Assembly (NCBI GenBank): GCA_965219575.1
Contig: OZ244779.1
Coordinates: 940,769 to 1,004,768 of the forward strand
Direction: 5' to 3'
Source: Candidatus Oxydemutatoraceae bacterium
GTDB taxonomy: Bacteria > Pseudomonadota > Gammaproteobacteria > Poriferisulfidales > Oxydemutatoraceae
DNA: 64,000 nt
In this document: in pieces, positions 1-12,564 of the stretch
How positions within the stretch are numbered: the stretch's first letter is position 1
Layout of the letters: the number at the start of each line of letters is the position of its first letter
The notes under the pieces: model-generated
The model's database searches: none
Seen by the model: only the letters and a program-made list of their open reading frames with translations
Told to the model about the DNA's origin: nothing
Program-made: the position numbers and the translations under genes

Positions 1-3000
1 CGTTGCACTTAGACTAATGGTATCCCCTTCGGATACCCTATCGGGCGCGATTATCTCTTCTACTACGACCCGATTTACAGTGTTAGTAACGGTGATGCTA
101 TAAGTAACCGAACTCATATCGTCGGAGTCGGTCCCGACAACAATTTCTAGAGTGGACTCGCCCCCTGGAAGCGGGATCGACGAGCTACGCCCGCCACTGC
201 GCTTGCCCATAAAATAGTCGGTGGCTACTTGATCTCCTACTCTGCGGATTGCAATAGACTCGCCCTGCGGATTGATGCTATACGGCAATAACTCGATCGT
301 GTTTGCATTCTCTACATTGACCGTATAGTTTAAGACCGAAAGAGAAAAAGGTGGATTGAGTGCCACCGCATCATCGCCGACAAAAAAGAGTAGGTTGCTC
401 AATCCGCTCTGTGCTTGAGCCAGCAACACACTGCCGCACGGCGGTAGTGCAGTATCGAGGTCGTCATCGCACACCGGTGCTATAGCAATGTCGGTCGGCG
501 AGGTATATCTTAGTATCGGATAGTTTGTCCGAGTACCGAAATCCCAATCGGAACCATCCCACTCCTTATAGATGTCTCTTGCAGACTCCGGCCTTTGCAA
601 TTCAGCGGTCGTCATCGCCATAGAATCGGTAGTAATAGCACTATTCACCGTGCTATCCCAATAGCTGAACTCAACCGTGCCGGTTGCCCCCACGGCAAAC
701 AAACCACCTGCCGTGCCACCACCGGCCGAGATAAGTCCGCGCACATAACTATTCCTTATCAAGCCGGCGTTATCGGCGACTAAACCGCCGGCACGGGTGC
801 GGGTGCCGTCATCGCCACAGCTCCCCGACCTGCTCACCGCACCCTGCGCATAGCTATTGACGATTTCACCTTCGCTACCGTTCTCGGCAACCAAGCCACC
901 TACATCGCAAGCACCGCCGACACCACCTGCCGCATAGCTGTTTCTTATCGTGCCGGCGTTGTTGCCGACCAAACCACCCGATAGCACGGCGGTAGAGGTC
1001 GTCATCACATTCGCATAGCTGTTGATAATCACGCCGGTCGCATCATTAAACGCAACCAAGCCCCCGACGCGGTGTTGTACTCCTCCAACTTCCCCTTGCG
1101 CATAGCTATTGGCAATAACGCCTTCGTTCTGCCCAACCAAGCTACCTACGGAACCGCGACCGCCGATTGCAACATCCAATATGCCGACATTCTCCAGCCT
1201 CGCCTCCGACGACAGTGCCGCAAACAATCCGATAGACGCATCATCCACCGTATCTCTATTGATCTGCAAATTAGAAATGTGGTTATTGTTACCGTTGAAT
1301 AGACTCGTGAACGGAGCATCGACGGTCGCTATAGGCAACCAACCGGTATCGGTATCAACCGCAGGATCATCCACCGTCCAGTCGTCTCTATTGGACATCA
1401 CATCCACATAGCTTCGGGTGGTCGTGAAATCCAGATCTCTCAACAACTCGTAGCCGGCGCATGTGTCGGCAGGACAACCCGAAGTGATTGTGCTGTCTAC
1501 GGCTGCCAAACCATAACCGCTACCGTCCGGTTGGTTGCGGATCGCATCCAAGTCCTCCAGATAATAAACATCTATCAAGCCGTCGCCGTCGCCGTCCACA
1601 TTGATAGGAAACGGACCTATCCGATAGGTATTGCCGTATCCCTGCCCATCGGTATGACTGACGATGACACGATAGCGGACTGTACCCGTAGAAGTGCCCG
1701 ACACCGTATAGGGATTAGCAACCGAAATACCGCTCCAATCACTATCGCCCTCGTCCCGTAGTTGCCATTGATAGCCGAATGTTCCGACACCGTCCGGGTC
1801 GTCGGCAGCGGAAGTGATACGCAGTGCGGTCGGGCTGACATTGAGTTCTAGTTGTGGTGCACCATTGTTTTCTTTGCTAACGGTCAGTGTAAGTGCCGTG
1901 GAGACTATGTTAAAGCCATCGTCAGCCGTTATCGTATAGACGATACTTTGCGTTGTCCGGTCGGCTGCCACAAAGACATCGGGTACGGTGACGGCGATAA
2001 GCGTAAGTGCTGTGGAGGCTATGTTGGAGCCATCGTCATCCGTTATCGTCTGGACGATATTTTGCGTTGTCCGGTCGGCTGCCACAAAGGCATCGGCTAC
2101 GGTGACGGTGATCGTCCCGGTCGTGTTTTGTCCTTGCACAAGCACCATATTTTGTTGTTGTAGCGAGTATTGATAGTTCCCGCTACCGTTGCGAAACACC
2201 GCTTGAAGCGTAATATCGTCGCCTTCGTTGACGGTGGCAATAGGAGGTATTATGCCGAAGGAGACAACCTCAACCGGAAGCTGTGGTTCTCTAATCAGAT
2301 TAAAATTATATGTCAGTCCATCTACTCTAAGCCGCAACACCTCCGCCGTGTCTGCTTCTAAGATGATGGGGGTGCTTAAATCACCGTTATGCCTGCCGTT
2401 AAAATAGTTAGTGTCCTGATCCGATGCGCTAAAGACCGAAATCGTCGCAGTGTCGTTGATAGCGTAGGGTCTTAGTGCAATCTCAGGGCGGCGACCGGGG
2501 ATTTTTATATCGTAGTCGAACACCACCGGTGAAAAAGGCTGATCTCGGAATATTCTGGCATTATCTTGCTGTACACCGTCTATTACAAAAAACAGAATAC
2601 TCAAACCCCGATCGCGGATAGTCTGACCGGATAACACCGCACCGCAAGGCGGCAGTGATGTGTCGGGATCTACATCGCAGGCAGGGTTGTTGTTGTCGTC
2701 GCCTCTGGCATAGCGCAATGCCGGATAACTCTCTTCATCGCCGAAATCCCAATCGCCGCGACTCCAATTCGCATAAATACCGGTGGCACCGGTCGGCATT
2801 TGCAGCTGTGCGGTAGTCCGACCGATGCCACCGATGCTTGTCGTTCTTCCACTCATCTCGGTGTCCCAGTAGCTATCACGCACCGGTGCACTATTAATAT
2901 TACTACCGATTAAACCACCTCCATTAATATTTCTGACCTCGGCGATCGAATAACCGTTGCTGACTCTTACGCGTGTATCATCAATGGCACCAATAAGGCC

Positions 3001-3942
3001 TCCCACTTTAATTAAACCGGAATTACCAAAAACAATACCTGCTACATAACTGTTAATAATAAAACCTGTCATCTCAATTTCCCCTACTAGACCACCTACA
3101 TTGCTTCTGCTTCCTGAAACATCGATATTCGCATAGCTATTGATAATTCTGCCTACGTTGTAGCCGGTGATGCCGCCAACAGTAAAGCTGCCTAATACAG
3201 TACCATGCGCATAACTGTTGATAATTAACCCGCTACTTCTGTTGATACCGGCTAAAAGACTTATAGTATTATCCGCGCCTGTAACCCTACCTCCGTCTAC
3301 ATAGACATTCATGAGCCTACCTTGATTCTGACCCACTAGACCACCAACCCTAGTAAAACCTTCTACTCTTATTTCCGACAGCCCGAAATTACGAATGGTG
3401 CCTTGATTGCCGACAAACAAGCCTAGATCTATAGCACTATCTCTATTGATATGCAAATTGGAAATGTTATATCCGTTGCCTTCAAAAATACCGGTAAAAC
3501 AACGACTAACCTGATGCGTGCAGTTAGCGAAAACGTAACCTATAGGCGACCAACCCGGTTTCGTAGTACCGGTAAAATCATCGTTGCTAAGCACCCAATC
3601 GTCGTTGACTACACCCGATACATAACTTTGCGTCGTCGTAAAGTCTAAATCCCCGACCAATTCATAACCGTTGCAACCGTCCGTAGGACAACCGGCACTC
3701 AGTGTTACATTCCCGCGCCGTAGACCGGTGCCGTTAAGACTATGTCGTATCGCATCCACATCTTCCAAATAGCACAGCTCTATCAAACCGTCGTCATCGT
3801 CGTCTATGTCTACGAGGGTGCCGGGATCGTTATCAATTTCGGCAGCACAATTATCGATACTTTCATTTTGTGCAAATACCGGTTGCGCAATAAACAAACC
3901 TAAAAAGAGTAGAAAACCGTATTTACTAAACCCTATATCCAT
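1..3942 (-). CDS. Giant secreted repeat surface protein, paralog A (beta-helix/GLUG-like plus cadherin/Ig-like modules); 3' end beyond the window edge
   Basis: ATG at 3942 reads MDIGFSKYGFLLFLGLFIAQPVFAQNESID (signal peptide) then DIDDDDDGLIELCYLED. Still in frame at position 1 (…ISLSAT). 1-2900 closely matches 6520-9300. Probably absent from the ORF track because it has no stop inside the window. Confidence 0.85.
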   Translation of the reverse strand, partial: MDIGFSKYGFLLFLGLFIAQPVFAQNESIDNCAAEIDNDPGTLVDIDDDDDGLIELCYLEDVDAIRHSLNGTGLRRGNVTLSAGCPTDGCNGYELVGDLDFTTTQSYVSGVVNDDWVLSNDDFTGTTKPGWSPIGYVFANCTHQVSRCFTGIFEGNGYNISNLHINRDSAIDLGLFVGNQGTIRNFGLSEIRVEGFTRVGGLVGQNQGRLMNVYVDGGRVTGADNTISLLAGINRSSGLIINSYAHGTVLGSFTVGGITGYNVGRIINSYANIDVSGSRSNVGGLVGEIEMTGFIINSYVAGIVFGNSGLIKVGGLIGAIDDTRVRVSNGYSIAEVRNINGGGLIGSNINSAPVRDSYWDTEMSGRTTSIGGIGRTTAQLQMPTGATGIYANWSRGDWDFGDEESYPALRYARGDDNNNPACDVDPDTSLPPCGAVLSGQTIRDRGLSILFFVIDGVQQDNARIFRDQPFSPVVFDYDIKIPGRRPEIALRPYAINDTATISVFSASDQDTNYFNGRHNGDLSTPIILEADTAEVLRLRVDGLTYNFNLIREPQLPVEVVSFGIIPPIATVNEGDDITLQAVFRNGSGNYQYSLQQQNMVLVQGQNTTGTITVTVADAFVAADRTTQNIVQTITDDDGSNIASTALTLIAVTVPDVFVAADRTTQSIVYTITADDGFNIVSTALTLTVSKENNGAPQLELNVSPTALRITSAADDPDGVGTFGYQWQLRDEGDSDWSGISVANPYTVSGTSTGTVRYRVIVSHTDGQGYGNTYRIGPFPINVDGDGDGLIDVYYLEDLDAIRNQPDGSGYGLAAVDSTITSGCPADTCAGYELLRDLDFTTTRSYVDVMSNRDDWTVDDPAVDTDTGWLPIATVDAPFTSLFNGNNNHISNLQINRDTVDDASIGLFAALSSEARLENVGILDVAIGGRGSVGSLVGQNEGVIANSYAQGEVGGVQHRVGGLVAFNDATGVIINSYANVMTTSTAVLSGGLVGNNAGTIRNSYAAGGVGGACDVGGLVAENGSEGEIVNSYAQGAVSRSGSCGDDGTRTRAGGLVADNAGLIRNSYVRGLISAGGGTAGGLFAVGATGTVEFSYWDSTVNSAITTDSMAMTTAELQRPESARDIYKEWDGSDWDFGTRTNYPILRYTSPTDIAIAPVCDDDLDTALPPCGSVLLAQAQSGLSNLLFFVGDDAVALNPPFSLSVLNYTVNVENANTIELLPYSINPQGESIAIRRVGDQVATDYFMGKRSGGRSSSIPLPGGESTLEIVVGTDSDDMSSVTYSITVTNTVNRVVVEEIIAPDRVSEGDTISLSAT

Positions 3943-4123
3943 TACATTCTCGCAAAAGGAAAAATGCAACCGCAAACAATCTTGTTACGTTGCTAGGGGG
4001 GAAAGAGGGGGATTGTGTATAGGCCCGATAGTTCGGACGAATTTATAGTTATATTTTCCGATTATATACAATTCGTCTATTTATGCAATAGCTTGTACGG
4101 CTGTGTAAGCACAAAGTAGTAAT

Positions 4124-4710
4124 GGGGAGCTGTTGAAAAAGTATCGTCAGCGTGCAACCGTAACCGCTTGCGCCGTGAATTTATAATAACCACAAAGCCG
4201 TAGGGGCAGTATAAAGCCGCCGATTGAGCCGGTAGGTCAATCGGCAATTTTGATGTCTGCCCTTAAGTACCGTTCTGCACGACACCAACCGCTTGCGCCA
4301 TTTGTTTTTGGTTTCCATAAATTGGATGAATGAATAAATAGTGCAGATACGACCGGGCTGTTGAAAAAGTGCGGCATCGTACGAATCCAATCACTTGCGC
4401 CATTTTGTTTTGGTTTCCATAAATTGGATGGATGAATGTATAAATCGTGTAGGCACAACGCGTTACGGGCGGACATGTTAGTCCGCCCCTACAGGTGGGT
4501 TGGATAATTATGCGGCGCAAGCGGTTACGGTTTTGCAGAACAGTATTTTTTCAACAGTCCCACGACACAACCACCCCGTCAGGCTACGCCTGCCACCCCT
4601 CCAAAGGAGGGGAATGTACCGTCCCTAAAGTTTGTGGATACTTTTTCAACAGCCCCATGGGGGGCTGTCGAAAATAGAACCGCCGATTGAGCCGGTAGGT
4701 CAATCGGCCA
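4124..4710. repeat. Composite palindromic repeat cluster R1
   Basis: GCTGTTGAAAAAGT…TTTTTCAACAGCCCC inverted ends, GTAGGGGCGGAC..GTCCGCCC REP-like palindromes, CCACCCCGTCAGGC..CCACCCCTCC..GGAGGGGAA module, AGAACCGCCGATTG..CAATCGGC hairpin. Confidence 0.9.
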
Positions 4711-4713
4711 TTT

Positions 4714-7700
4714 TTATTGGAGGGGACCCTCTAAAAATACTTTGGCGCGTATCCTGACGACTGAAGTCCCCGGTGTCGTTCGCTGATCGATTAGTAAGCT
4801 ACCACAGCGGGGCAACGGTGTTGCCGCATCGGCATCGCAGGCATCGACACCGTCAACCTCGTTATACAGCAGTGCCGGATATTGCTCGGTGGTGCCGAAA
4901 TCCCAATCGGCGAGATCCCAGTCGGCATAGATGCCGGTTGCAGCATCGGCATTCGTCGGCGTTTGCAATCCAACGGTCGTTTGAGAGGTGCCACCTCCCG
5001 GAGAAGTCGTTCGCTCACTCGTATCGGTATCCCAGTAGCTAGCGGTTACCGGTGGGTTAGATGAGTGTCTACTGCCGATTAGACCACCGATGTTATTATC
5101 ACTTGAATCGGCTGTCACTCTGACGGTCGAATAGGTGTTTGTAACGCTCGGATTAGTGCCCGTCCATAATACAGCGAGCAGACCTCCGACGCTTCGGCGA
5201 TTATCAGTATCGGTAGAAGTGATACGCACAGAACCCATCGCATAACTATTGCGAATAGTTCCTTGATTCTCGGCCGCCAAACCACCGACTTCTCTTACGC
5301 CGCGAGCCATGACCTCGGCATAGCTATTGATAATTCTGCCGGTGTTGATGCCACAGATGCCGGCAACCCAACGAGAACCTACCACAGTGCCACGCACATA
5401 ACTGTTGATGATTAACCCACTCGACCCGTTTACGCCGGCTAAAAGACCGGTATTGTTTCCTCCTTGAACGCGGCTCTCAATCACATGGGCATTGATTAGA
5501 TTACCCTCGTTGCGACCGACCAGCCCACCGGTCCTGACATTACCTTCTACTTCTATTTCTCGCAAACCGAGATTGCGAATGGTGCCGGTATTGCTATTGC
5601 CGGCAAACATGCCGATCTCGTTGGTGTTGTCTCTATTGATTTGCAGATTGGAAATGCTAAAGCCGTTGCCCTCGAAAACACCGGCAAAACAATCACTACT
5701 CGCATCGCTACAATTATTGTTGGCAACAGAACCGATAGGTTGCCAACCGCTATCGCCGGCGGTGGCAAAATTATCCACCGTCCACGCCGCTCTATTCATT
5801 GCTACATTGACATAGCTCGGGGTGCTTGCAAAATCCAAGTCTCTACGCAATTCATAACCCATACAGGTCTCGTTTCCACCGACCAACCGGCAACCTCGGG
5901 TGATATCGGTGGTCCCATAGCCACTGCCGTCGGTTTGATGACGCACCGCATCCAAGTCTTCCAAATAGTAGATATCTATCAAACCGTCGTCGTCATCGTC
6001 TATATCGGTTCTATTTCTATACGGACCTAATAGACTAGTAAAACCGTTCCCTTGCGCATCGGTAGACATCACCTGCACACGATACAAAGTGCCACCGTTG
6101 TCTTGTGTCGGGATGTTAAACATTGCCGAAGTCTGACCGCCTATCGTCGTCCATTCGGTATCATCGGCATTGCGTCGCTGCCAAGTATAACTATCGATCG
6201 TGCCGTCGCCGTCGGCATCGCTTCCCGGCACGATATCAATGCTTATTGCCGATACGGTCACCGTCTCGGTAAAGCTCGGTTGACCGTTGTCGGCTTTAGC
6301 GACGGTCACCGTCCGGGTCGCACTATTATTCGTAAAACCATCTTCGACGGTCAGTGTGATTTTCACATCGCGACCGGTGGCATCACGAGATACAAAATCG
6401 GTAGGCACATTGAAACTTAACATGGCAGCGGCTAGTTCTTGCTCGGCTAGACCGTCTAGAAAAGCCACCGGGTCCGAAGTCCATCGATACCTATAAACTG
6501 CGCGTGCCCCTCCCATAACCGTTGCACTTAGACTAATGGCATCCCCTTCGGATACCCTATCGGGCGCGATTATCTCTTCTACTACGACCTGATCTACAGT
6601 GTTAGTAACGGTGATGCGATAAGTGACCGAACTCATATCGTCGGGGTCGGTCCCGACGACGACTGCTAGAGTGGATGTGCCCCCCGGAAGCGGGATAGGT
6701 AGGCTACGCTCGCCACTGCGCTTGCCCTCAAAATAGTCGGTGGCTGTTTGCTCTCCTACTCTGCCGATTGCAATAGATTCACCTTGCGGATTGATGCCGT
6801 ACGGCAGTAACTCGATCGTGTTTGCACTCTCTACACCGACCGTATAGCCTAAGCCCGACAGAGAAAAAGTTGGATTGAGTGCCACCGCATTACTGCGGAC
6901 AAAAAAGAGTAGGTTGCTCAATCCGCTTTGTGCTTGAGCCAACAATACACTACCACACGGCGGTAGCGCAGTATCAAGGTCGTCATCGCACACCGGTGTT
7001 ATAGCAATGTCGGTCGGTGAGGTATATCTTAACAGCGGGTATTGCATTTCAGTGCCGAAATCCCAATCGGCGGTAAGCCAACCGGCATAGATGCCGGTTG
7101 CAGCATTGTCATTCGTCGGCATTTGCAAATCATCGGTCGTCATTGCCATAGAGTCGGTAGTAATAGCACTATTCACCGTACTATCCCAATAGCTGAACTC
7201 AACCGTGCCGGTTGCCCCCACGGCAACCAAACCACCTGCCGTGCCACCACCTGCCGAGATAAGTCCGCGCACATAACTATTCCTTATCGATCCTGCATTA
7301 ACGGCGACTAAACCGCCGGCACGGTTGCGGGTGCCGTCATCGCTACAGCTTCCCGACCTGCTTAACGCACCCGCAGCATAGCTATTGATGATTTCACTGC
7401 CGCTACCGTTCTCGGCAACCAAGCCACCTACATCGCAAGCACCGCCGACATCACCTGCCGCATAGCTGTTTCTTATCTTGCCGTGGTTGGTGCCGACCAA
7501 ACCACCCGATAATAACGCAGCGGCGGACATGACCCTTACATTCGCATAGCTGTTGATAATCACGCCGGTCGCAGTAGAATTGAACGCAACCAAGCCACCG
7601 ACGCTGTGTTGTGCCCCTTCAACTTCCCCTTGCGCATAGCTATTGGCAATAACACCTTCGTTCTGCCCGACCAAGCTACCGACAGTACCGCGACCGCCGA

Positions 7701-10700
7701 TTGCAACATTCAGGATGCCGACATTCCCCAGCCTTGCCTCCGACGACAGTGCCGCAAACAATCCGATAGATGCATCATCAACCGTATCTCTATTGATCTG
7801 CAAATTAGAAATGTTGTTATTGTTGCCGTTGAATAGACTCGTAAACGGGGTATCGACGGTCGCTATAGGCAACCAACCGGTATCGGTAGCAACGGCCGGA
7901 TCATCCACCGTCCACTCGTCTTTGTTGGACATCACATCGACATAGCTTCGGGTGGTCGTGAAATCCAAATCTCTCAATAACTCGTAGCCGGTGCATGTGT
8001 CGGCGGGACAGCCCGAAGTGATTTTGCTGTCTACGGTTGCCAAGCCATAACCGCTACCGTCCGGTTGGTAGCGGATCGCATCCAAGTCCTCCAGATAATA
8101 AACATCTATCAAGCCGTCGTCGTCGCCGTCCACATTTATAGGAAACGGACCTATCCGATAGGTATTGTCGTATTCCTGCCCGTCGGTATGATTGACGATG
8201 ACACGATAGCGGACCGTACTCGCAGGAGTGCCCGACACCGTATAGGGATTATCACCGGAAACATCTGTCCAATTACTATCGCCCTTGTCACGGCTTTGCC
8301 ATTGATAGCTGAATGTTCCGACACCGTCTGGGTCATCCTCGGCGGATGTGATGCGCAATTCAGTCGGGCTGACACTGATTCTTAATTGCGGCGCACCGTT
8401 GTCCTCTTTGCTAACGGTTAGCATAAGTGTTCCGGAGGCTATGTCAAAGCCATCGTCAACCGTTATCGTATAGACGATACTTTGTGTCGTCCGCTCGGCT
8501 GCTACAAAGGCGTCGGGTACGGTGACAGCGATGCTCGCAGTCGTGTCTTGCCCTTGCGCAAGCACCGTGTCTTGTTGTTGTAGTGAGTATTGGTAACTCC
8601 CGCTACCGTTGCGAAACACCGCTTGAAGCGTAATATCGTCGCCCTCGCTAACGGTGGCAGTAGAAGGTGTCGTGCCGAAGGAGACAATCTCAACCGGAGC
8701 CTGTGATCCTTTGATCAGATTAAAATTATATGTCAATCCATCTACCCTAACTATCATCGTTTCAGTCGTAGTTGCTTGCAGTGTGATGGAATCGCTTAAA
8801 TCACCGCTACGCTTGTCGTCAAAATAGTCGGTGTTATCGGATGTTCTCAAGACCGAAATCGTCGCAGTGTCGTTGATAGCATAGGGCCTTAGTTCAATCT
8901 CGGTGCTGCGACCGGGGACTCTTATATCGTAGTCAAGCACCACCGGTGAAAAAGGCTGATCTTGAAATACTCTGGCATTATCAAGCTGTTTGCCGTCTAC
9001 TACAAAAAACAAAGTACTCAAACCCTGGTTGCGGATAGTTTGACCGGATAACACTGCGCCGCAAGGCGGCAGTGGCGTGTCGGGATCTACATCGCAGGCA
9101 GGGTGGTTGGTGTCGTCGCCTCTGGCATAACGCAATGCCGGATAACTCTCTTCATCGCCGAAATCCCAATCGTCGCTACTCCAATTCGCATAAATACCGG
9201 TGGCACCGGTCGGCATCTGCAACTGGTCGGTCATCAGACCGGTGCCACCTCTAGAAGTGCCTCTTCCACTCATCTCGGTGTCCCAGTAGCTATCACGCAC
9301 CGATCCGGAATTTTCACCGATTAAACCACCTCCATTGGTATTTCCAACCTCGGCGATGGAATAACTGTTGCTAACTCTTCCGCCTGCAACATTAATAACA
9401 CCAATAAGACCTCCCACATCGCTATTATTATTAGTATCAAAGACAACACCTACTACATAACTGTTAATGACAGATCCTCTTAGATCAATACGCCCCACTA
9501 GACCACCTGAGTCACCGGCTTGCGATGAAACATTAGCATCTGCATAGCTATTGATAATGCTGCCTTGGTTGTTACCACAGATGCTGCCACCAAAATCCGC
9601 CTCATTGCTGGGTAATAAGACGGCACCACGGGCATAACTGTTGATCATTAACCCGTCACTTTCGTTGTCACCGGCTAAAAGACCTGTATTGCCATTTAAT
9701 CCTGCAATCGAACTATCCCCATCTACATAGACATTCATCAGCCTACCTTCATTCACACCGACTACACCGCCAACTCTAATATTACCTTCTACTCGTATCT
9801 CCGACAACCCGACATTACGAATGGTGCCTCTATTCCTTGAAAACAAGCCAATATCGTTGGTACTTTCTCTATTGATCGGCAAATTAGAAATACTATATCC
9901 GTTGCCTTCAAAAACAGCAGTAGAAGCAAAGCCCCCTAGGGGCGACCAACCTCGTTTCACGGTATTGTTAAAATCGTCGTCGCCCAGCACCCAGTTGTCG
10001 TTGACTATACCCGATACATAACTCTGCGTTGTCGTAAAATCTAAATCCCCCACCAATTCATAACCGTTGCAACCGGTGTCGGGGCAACCGGTGGTGATTT
10101 TGGTCGCGCCATCGCTAGCCGTATAACCGCTGCCGTCCAACTGGTTGCGAATGGCATTCAGATTATCCAAATAATATATTTCTATCAAACCGTCGTCGTC
10201 GCGATCCACATCTATAACGGACGGACCTAGCGTATAGCTTGACATATAATCTTGTCCGTCGGTATGGTCCACCATCACACGATAACGGATTGCGCCGGCT
10301 GCATTGATCGCAAATGTGGAAAAATTAGTATTGGAAATATCCATCCAATTACCACCACTGGTGATTTGCCGTTGCCACCGATAGCTAAATGTACCGGCAC
10401 CGTCCGGGTCGTCTGCGATAGAGATCGCACTTAACAAGGGTGCATTAACGAATTTCAGTTGTGGGATACCGTTATTTTCTTTATTGGCAATGAGCCTAAG
10501 GTCGGCGGGTACTGTCTCGAACTCATCGGCAACCGTTATCGTATAGACGATATTCTGCGTCGTCCGCTCGGCTGCCACAAAGTCGGGCGATATAATGACA
10601 TTAAAAGTTTCGGCAACATTCGTGCTTTGCCTTTGCTCGAGCACCGTGTCGCCCTGTTGCAACGAATACGCATAGTTTCCTCTGCCGCCGGCAACCTCAA

Positions 10701-12486
10701 CCGTTAACGAGATCGGTTGTTCCTCATCAATGGGATTATTCGCTCCGGGCATACTATCAAAGCGCACAATCCTCAACCTATTTGCGGGACCCACCTCTAT
10801 GTTCAACCTATAAGTGACATCTCCTGCCGTGATCGTCACAACCTCGGTGGTAGCCGCTTGCAACATGATGTCGTTGCTTAACTCACCACTGTTTTTGCCG
10901 GCAAAATAGTCGGTATTCTCGGTATCGCTTTGTTTGGTAATTGAAATCGTCTCGGTACTGTTGATAGCATAGGGTCTTAATTGAAACCTCGTGGTAGGCG
11001 GCATTTTTATATCGTAAGTGGACTGTAAGGGTGAAAAAGGCTGATCTCGGAATACTCCGGCATTATCCTGCCGTCTGTCGTCCACTACAAAAAACAAAAT
11101 ACTCAAACCTTTATCACGAATAGTTTGCCCGGATAACACCGCACCACAAGGCGGCAGTGGTGTGTCGGGGTCTACATCGCATGCCGGGTTGTCGCTGTCG
11201 TCGCCTCTCACATAGCGCAATGCCGGATAACTCGATGCATCGCCGAAATCCCAATCGTCGCTACTCCAGTTGGCATAAATACCGGTGGCACCGGTCGGTA
11301 TATGCAACTGCTCGGTAGTCCGACCGATGCCATCCCTAGAGGTGCTTCTTCCGCTCATCATGATATCCCAATAACTATCGTTTACCGGTAAGTCTACTCC
11401 AAGTGTTGCCGAAAATTTTCTGGCGATTAAACCGCCCAGGTTATTTCCGGTTGGATTGGTAGCTGTCACCGCAACGGTTGAATAGCTGTTTGTGATACTC
11501 GGGTTTGTGCCACCGACCCATAATGTACTAGCAAGACCACCTATGTTTCGGTCAGCCCTCGCATCTGCAGTTAAATTTGCAGAACCCATTGCATAACTGT
11601 TGACAACAAACCCTAGAATATCGCCTGTTAAACCCCCTATGTTCCTCACTGCCGAAACCTCGGCGATTGCATAGCTATTGATAATTCTACCTAAAGTTAA
11701 ACCACCGATACCGCCTACAAAACTACCTGCCGACGAAACATTACCACGCACATAACTGTTGATAATTAACCCATTTGACTCGTTTCTGCCGACTAAAAGA
11801 CCTATTGCGTTATTTCCTCCTAAAATGTTGCCCTCGTCAACATGAACATTTATTAGATTTCCTTGGTTGCTAGCGACTAAACCACCCACTCTTTGAGAAC
11901 CCTCTATTTTTATCGCCGATAACCCAAGATTGCGCATGGTGCCGGTATTGCCGGCAAACAAGCCTAAATCTTGAGAGTTGTCTCTATTGATATGCAAATC
12001 GGAGATGCGATATCCGTTACCTTCCAAAATACCGGCGAAGTATCTGCTACTCGAATCTGTACAATCATTGTTAGAAACAGAACCGATAGGCGGCTAGCCT
12101 CGTTTGACACTACCTCTAAAATCATCGTCGCTGAGCACCCAGTCGTCGTTGACTACACCCGATACATAACTTTGCGTCGTCGTGAAGTCTAAATCTCTGA
12201 CCAATTCATAACCGTTACAGCCGCCCGTAGGACAACCGGCGCGAAGTATTAGATTCACACGCCGTATACTGGTACCGTCAAGATCATCCCGTATCCCCCT
12301 CACATCTTCCAAATAACACAGCTCTATCAAACCGTCGTCATCGTCGTCTATGTCTACGGGGGTGTCGGGATCGTTATCGATTTCGGCAGCGCAATCATCG
12401 ATACTTTCATTTTGTGCGAAGACTGGTTGCACGACGAACAACCCCAAACAGAGTAGAAAGCCGTATTTTCTAAAATTTATCTGCAT
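4714..12486 (-). pseudogene. Giant secreted repeat surface protein, paralog B (~2590 codons, 4 beta-helix-like modules), interrupted by one in-frame TAG at 12094-12096
   Basis: ORFs 12094..12486 (signal peptide) and 4714..12027 share a frame. The junction reads KRG*PPIGSVSNNDC where other modules read GWSPIG/GWQPIGSVANNNC. DxDDDGLI, GYEL..DLDF, SYWD and DWDFG motifs recur every ~2.1 kb. Confidence 0.8.
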
Positions 12487-12564
12487 TTATACAATTTGTT
12501 GTCAACACTCGGAGAAAATATCAAACCATTATATAGCAAGTTATCCACTATAATAATCGACACT

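Noticed and set aside
4181-4677. ORFs within repeat clusters (also 26938, 34327, 57947-58513, 60593-61166, 63362-63778)
   Set aside because: Translations of repeat modules (RRGGLACPP, FFNSP, METK); no transposase motifs.
12094-12096. Genome-wide TAG recoding or pyrrolysine
   Set aside because: TAG is a normal stop for dapE, trkH and acpS; no pyl genes are present; the expected residue is Trp.
1-12486. Diversity-generating retroelement acting on the giant proteins
   Set aside because: No reverse transcriptase in the window; paralog differences are not adenine-specific and span kilobases.
595-12553. Many 60-130 aa plus-strand ORFs
   Set aside because: Shadow ORFs antisense to the giant genes; they recur only because the DNA is repeated.
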